This document shows positions 59,562 to 64,000 of a stretch of 64,000 nucleotides of DNA, one piece after another. The translations under genes and the position numbers were made by a program. This DNA is from a bacterium (lineage in GTDB: Bacteria; UBP6; JAFGXH01). Within the stretch, counting starts at the first letter, position 1; each line of letters begins with the position of its first letter. The stretch spans positions 5,088-69,087 of the forward strand of contig JAMOQH010000172.1 of NCBI GenBank assembly GCA_027064085.1, read 5' to 3'. The notes beneath the pieces are model-generated. The model saw only the letters and a list, made by a program, of their open reading frames with translations, was not told the origin of the DNA and ran no database searches.

Positions 59562-60344
59562 CTATTCACCTTTAAATTCAGCTTTTCTCTTTTCCATAAA
59601 TGCAGTCATACCTTCTTTTTGATCTTTTGTTCCAAAAAGCGAGCCAAATGCTTGTGATTCTAATTCAACTGCTTGAGGCATATCCATACTAAGGCCTTTA
59701 TTTATTACCTTTTTTGCATAAGCAACTGCAATAGGGGCATTATTTGCTATTTTCTTAGCAGTTTTAATAGTTTCTTCCATTAATTCTTCTGGGGCAAATA
59801 TTTTATTGATAATTCCAAGCCTTAATGCTTCATCTGCCTTGATGATATCTCCAGTATAAACCAACTCTTTTGCTCTAGCCGTTCCTATTAATCTTGTAAG
59901 TCTTTGAGTTCCTCCAAAGCCTGGAATTACCCCAAGTCCAACTTCGGGTTGCCCAAATTTAGCTCTATTAGATGCATAAGCAAAATCACATGCCATTGTA
60001 AGTTCACAGCCTCCACCAAGAGCAAATCCATTAACGGCTGCAATATAAATTTTATCACTTTCATTAATATTTAAACCTAATTTTTGCCCTTCCATTGCAA
60101 AAACATAAGCTTCTCTAGTTGTTAAATTACTCATTGCCTTAATATCTGCACCTGCAACAAAAGATTTTTCTCCTCCACCTGTTAATATTACTACTTTAAT
60201 ATTATCAAGTTTTTCTATTTCTAAATAAGCTATATTTAACTCAGAAACAGTTTCTGGATTTAAGGCATTTAATGCTTTTGGTCTATCTATTTTTAATATT
60301 GCATAGTTATCAAATAATTCTAATTTTATATTTTTATATTCCAT
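59562..60344 (-). CDS. crt: Enoyl-CoA hydratase (crotonase)
   Basis: RPKALNALN, FVAGADI, NGFALGGGCEL, FGQPEVGLGVIPGFGGTQRL. Confidence 0.9.
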   Translation of the reverse strand: MEYKNIKLELFDNYAILKIDRPKALNALNPETVSELNIAYLEIEKLDNIKVVILTGGGEKSFVAGADIKAMSNLTTREAYVFAMEGQKLGLNINESDKIYIAAVNGFALGGGCELTMACDFAYASNRAKFGQPEVGLGVIPGFGGTQRLTRLIGTARAKELVYTGDIIKADEALRLGIINKIFAPEELMEETIKTAKKIANNAPIAVAYAKKVINKGLSMDMPQAVELESQAFGSLFGTKDQKEGMTAFMEKRKAEFKGE

Positions 60345-60414
60345 TTTCTTCCCTGATCAATACAATGTCTCAATGCTACATTAGTTAATAATAAATTCTC
60401 TTTTTAGGATAACA

Positions 60415-61266
60415 CTATTTATTATAGTTATAAAATCCACGCCCTGATTTTCTTCCTAAATAGCCTGCTGCCACATATTTTTTAAGTAATGGACATGGTC
60501 TGTATTTAGGATCCCCTAAACCTTCGTGTAATACTTCTAAAATATATAAACATGTATCAAGTCCAATAAAATCAGCTAAAGTTAATGGCCCCATAGGCTG
60601 ATTTGTTCCATATTTCATCGCGGTATCAATATCTTCAACTGACGCTAGTCCTTCCATTAGTGCAAAAACAGCTTCATTAATCATAGGCATTAATATTCTA
60701 TTTACTATAAATCCAGGATAATCTTGAGATAATACTGTAATTTTACCCATTCTTTCAGCAGCTTCTTTTACTGTATTGTAAGTTTCATCTGTAGTTTGTA
60801 AACCTTTAATAAGTTCAACAAGTTTCATAACAGGAACAGGATTCATAAAATGCATTCCTACAACTTTTTCTGGTCTATTTGTGGCGGCTGCGATTTCAGT
60901 AAGTGAAATACTTGATGTGTTACTTGCTAGAATAGTAGTTTCTTTTGTGATTTCTCCTAACTTTTTAAATATATCAAATTTAATTTTTTTGTTTTCTGTT
61001 GCAGCTTCAACAACTAAGTCAACATCAGCTAAATCTTCTAATTTTGTTGCAACTGTTAAATTACCTAAAAATTTAATTTTATCCTCTTCAGTAATTTTTT
61101 CTTTTTTTACTAGTTTTGATATTCCTTTTTCTATATAAGCTTTCCCTTTTGCTAATTGTTCTTCGCTTACATCCATCATTATAACAGTATAGCCACTTAC
61201 AAGTGCAACTTGAACAATACCGCTACCCATTTGTCCACTACCTATTACCCCAATTTTTTTTATCAT
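60415..61266 (-). CDS. hbd: 3-hydroxybutyryl-CoA dehydrogenase
   Basis: [53 protein letters not shown]. Confidence 0.93.
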   Translation of the reverse strand: MIKKIGVIGSGQMGSGIVQVALVSGYTVIMMDVSEEQLAKGKAYIEKGISKLVKKEKITEEDKIKFLGNLTVATKLEDLADVDLVVEAATENKKIKFDIFKKLGEITKETTILASNTSSISLTEIAAATNRPEKVVGMHFMNPVPVMKLVELIKGLQTTDETYNTVKEAAERMGKITVLSQDYPGFIVNRILMPMINEAVFALMEGLASVEDIDTAMKYGTNQPMGPLTLADFIGLDTCLYILEVLHEGLGDPKYRPCPLLKKYVAAGYLGRKSGRGFYNYNK

Positions 61267-61451
61267 AATATTCTCCTAAAAATAATAATTAATATATCCT
61301 TATTAAAGCCATTTTGCAAATATTTCTTATATTTTGTATTAAAATTATTGTTTAAGTTTATATTGTTTAAAAGAATTAATCAACATTAATAAAATGTTTT
61401 GAATTTCTAAGGTAAATTAGTTTCAATGAATTTATTTTTTTAATATAGTAA

Positions 61452-61476
61452 ATTAAATGGAGTTGTGATAAAAATT
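61452..61476 (+). repeat. 25-bp direct repeat, copy 1
   Basis: attaaatggagttgtgataaaaatt, identical to 62874-62898. Confidence 0.9.
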
Positions 61477-61488
61477 AAGCCATTACAT

Positions 61489-61866
61489 TTAATTACAACT
61501 ATTAGTACTACTATAATAAGCACCATTTATGATAACTCCTCCATCATAAGCAGAAACAGGATAGTCATAACATCCAGTGTTATCACAAGTATTTAATGTA
61601 CACTTATCAACACTATAGGTTCCACTTTCTATTGCTCCACCACAACCTGAAATGGGGTTCCATATTTCATGATACCAGTTTCCTGCTCCATCAAAACAGT
61701 AATATTCTAGTAAATCTGAATTGTTTGGTGAAAAACAACCAGATAAATCAGAGGTAACATAATTTTGTGTACAAGTAGGATTATTGTTGTTATTGCTATT
61801 GTTAGAATCTTCTTTTCCACATGAAATAATAAAAAACATGATAACAATTAATAATAAATACTTCAT
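61489..61866 (-). CDS. Small Cys-containing lipoprotein
   Basis: Lipobox IISC, Asn-rich linker; GGAG RBS and TTGAAT-N17-TATAAT upstream. Confidence 0.75.
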   Translation of the reverse strand: MKYLLLIVIMFFIISCGKEDSNNSNNNNNPTCTQNYVTSDLSGCFSPNNSDLLEYYCFDGAGNWYHEIWNPISGCGGAIESGTYSVDKCTLNTCDNTGCYDYPVSAYDGGVIINGAYYSSTNSCN

Positions 61867-61955
61867 AAGATCTCCAATGATTACTTTAATATTATAAGAC
61901 TATTTTATTCTTAATTCAAGTAATTAGAATTTTAAAATGTATTATTTATCAATAT

Positions 61956-62813
61956 CTATTTATCATAAAGTAAGATAATATCCTTTTCATTTGCATTAAT
62001 TGCATTTGCAATCACATTACATTTAATAATAAAAAGATAAAAAATATTTCTATTTGTTATTTTATATAATGATTCAAAATTTCCCATTCCTTTTGCAATA
62101 ATAACATCTGCTTCATTAAATATTTGTTTTGATTCTTCATTTGCATATTTTAAATCATATCCAGGAGTAGGAACACCCGTATCAATTATTGTTGCAAATT
62201 TTGGCATATCGCTATTTTTTGCTTCTTTAATGGTAACATCGTTGATTATTGGTTTTCCTCTAACAAAATAAAAAAGTTCAATTTCAAACATAGATTTTAA
62301 AACATCTGCTAAAAGAACATCAAGAATATTTTCTCCACAATTATCACCAATAATAACTACTTTTTTTGCTTTTTTAAGTTTTCCTTTTAATTCTAAATAG
62401 TTATCAATTTTAAATGGAGTATTAAAAATGTTTTCTAATGTTTCTTTTAGGTTAAATTGTTTTTTTGCCCCGAAATCAATTACATTTCCTACAACTGCAA
62501 TTTTTAAAGCAGTTAACAATTTATCATTACTTTTACTAATCTTTTCATATAAAAATGGTTTAAAACTTTTAACTTCTTTGATGGCTTCTTTTTTTGCTTT
62601 TAATAAAGGGTCTGGATTATTTGTGATATCTTCAATTAATTTATAGGTGTCTTTTGCAATTTGTGGAGCAGTAAAATCAAGTGAATAATTTGGTAAGATT
62701 TTAGCTATTTCAAATAAAATTTTTGCTGATGTCTTATCATCTAAATTAAGAAGTTTTGTTGTTTTAAGTGCCTGATTAAAGAGGCATACAAGGCAATCTG
62801 GTTTTATATTCAT
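61956..62813 (-). CDS. DUF89 / ARMT1-like damage-control phosphatase
   Basis: CxxC N-terminus, GNVIDFG, DNCGE, PIINDVT, IIAKGMGNFESL, IKC. Confidence 0.9.
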   Translation of the reverse strand: MNIKPDCLVCLFNQALKTTKLLNLDDKTSAKILFEIAKILPNYSLDFTAPQIAKDTYKLIEDITNNPDPLLKAKKEAIKEVKSFKPFLYEKISKSNDKLLTALKIAVVGNVIDFGAKKQFNLKETLENIFNTPFKIDNYLELKGKLKKAKKVVIIGDNCGENILDVLLADVLKSMFEIELFYFVRGKPIINDVTIKEAKNSDMPKFATIIDTGVPTPGYDLKYANEESKQIFNEADVIIAKGMGNFESLYKITNRNIFYLFIIKCNVIANAINANEKDIILLYDK

Positions 62814-62873
62814 TTTATATACCTAATTTTTTCTAAAATTACTGATCCATATATTTTTAGTTATAATGATTTC

Positions 62874-62898
62874 ATTAAATGGAGTTGTGATAAAAATT
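62874..62898 (+). repeat. 25-bp direct repeat, copy 2
   Basis: attaaatggagttgtgataaaaatt. Confidence 0.9.
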
Positions 62899-62900
62899 TA

Positions 62901-63413
62901 TTAAAATCCCCATAAAATACCAACTGACAAGAAATAATTTTTTATATTACCATTATCAGCTAACATTATTCTGTAATTCCCCTCACCCAAAAAAGAAATA
63001 TTTGATACTAAGTTTAAAGATGCTCCAACTCCAACTCCAACATGAGGAGATATTCCATCTTTAGCACTTAATTGGATTTGTGTTAATCCACCTGTTCCAA
63101 GAGCATAAATAGTTAATGCAGCCAAAGGCACTTTAAATTTTGCAGATATTGAGATATCAGTTGCTACTAAATCAGAACCTAAATAATCAACTCTATAAAG
63201 CATAGCTGAAGGAACAATATTAAATGTTGAAATTAATGGAATGTCAACATAAAATCCCCAAATAAGACTGCCGTGGTCTTTTATTACATCTTTTTTTGAT
63301 ATATCTGAATAGTTATATCCTGCAGCAACTCCAAGTTTTACGCCCGAAGAATTATTGCCGGCAAGTAAAGATACAGATAATAACATAGTTAAAATAATTA
63401 TTAATTTTTTCAT
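62901..63413 (-). CDS. Small (8-stranded-type) outer-membrane beta-barrel protein
   Basis: Signal peptide, Gly-rich amphipathic strands, C-terminal LSVGILWGF. Confidence 0.75.
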   Translation of the reverse strand: MKKLIIILTMLLSVSLLAGNNSSGVKLGVAAGYNYSDISKKDVIKDHGSLIWGFYVDIPLISTFNIVPSAMLYRVDYLGSDLVATDISISAKFKVPLAALTIYALGTGGLTQIQLSAKDGISPHVGVGVGASLNLVSNISFLGEGNYRIMLADNGNIKNYFLSVGILWGF

Positions 63414-63485
63414 GAATTCTCCTACTAATAATTAGTCCATTATAAATTATAAATTAAAAAAATGCAAATTGTAGTTAATATTGTT

Positions 63486-63947
63486 TTATTTTTTTATTTT
63501 CTTAGATGCTTCTTTTACTGATTTCATAATAGGAATATATCCCGTACATCTACACATATTACCTTCAAGAGCTGTTTTAATTTGCATATCTGATGGATTA
63601 GGAACTTTATCTAGTAATGCTTTAGCACTCATCAACATTCCAGGGGTACAAAAACCACATTGAATAGCACCATGTTCAACAAATGACTCTTGTAATTCAG
63701 GAGCAGATTTCTCTAGGTTTTCTACGGTTTCTATAGTTGCTCCATCAGCTTGAGTAGCCATTACTAAACAAGAATTAACTGCTTCACCATTCATAATTAC
63801 TGTACAAGCACCACATTCTCCAACTCCACAACCTTCTTTTGTTCCAGTTAAGGCTAAATCTTCTCTAATTAAGTCTAGAAGTCTTAAATTTGATTTTACT
63901 TCTAGTGTTCTTTCTTCACCGTTTATATTTATTGTTATTTTATTCAT
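63486..63947 (-). CDS. (2Fe-2S)-binding small subunit of a xanthine dehydrogenase/CoxS-family molybdoenzyme
   Basis: GTKEGCGVGECGACTV..NSC, QCGFCTPG, GNMCRCTGY. Confidence 0.93.
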   Translation of the reverse strand: MNKITININGEERTLEVKSNLRLLDLIREDLALTGTKEGCGVGECGACTVIMNGEAVNSCLVMATQADGATIETVENLEKSAPELQESFVEHGAIQCGFCTPGMLMSAKALLDKVPNPSDMQIKTALEGNMCRCTGYIPIMKSVKEASKKIKK

Positions 63948-64000
63948 TTTTCCTCTAATATGGTTAATAACGCATCTCTCAACATATTTTTAAAAACAGG
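63944..64000 (-). CDS. 3' end of an upstream gene, probably the FAD-binding (CoxM-type) subunit
   Basis: Open frame PVFKNMLRDALLTILEEK* whose TGA overlaps the next ATG (ATGA); product inferred from context only. Confidence 0.45.
   Translation of the reverse strand, partial: PVFKNMLRDALLTILEEK

Noticed and set aside
6475-63663. Numerous short ORFs (60-190 aa) antisense to or overlapping long genes, e.g. 8730-9059, 33957-34364, 53869-54444
   Set aside because: Shadow ORFs of well-supported genes; no RBS or motifs, and their composition mirrors the opposite strand.

Overview
AT-rich bacterial chromosomal window (GC clearly under about 30% by eye) with deltaproteobacterial/Myxococcota-type gene content. 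It contains a rearranged complex I operon (nuoL-M-N-A-B-C-D-G-H-I, no nuoEF in the window), pilB-pilT-pilS-pilR without pilC, a remote type IV pilin with a possible sigma54 promoter, csrA-fliW, fatty-acid/butyryl-CoA genes, scattered housekeeping genes and many Cys-rich/Ig-like surface lipoproteins. I saw no rRNA, tRNA, transposase, integrase or CRISPR array. The most unusual signals are non-coding. (1) A ~60-nt two-hairpin element with a conserved GTA/GAA (E-loop-like) internal loop and A-G mismatches occurs three times with compensatory stem changes, each time just behind the stop codon of an accessory gene. (2) An apparent sigma28/CsrA/FliW circuit points at an unknown 272-aa protein. (3) A promoter sits inside a perfect 17-bp inverted repeat. 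(4) A 25-bp direct repeat brackets two genes. (5) A T-tract+CTCC motif recurs shortly after stop codons. All product calls come from motif recognition by eye; no database searches were run.
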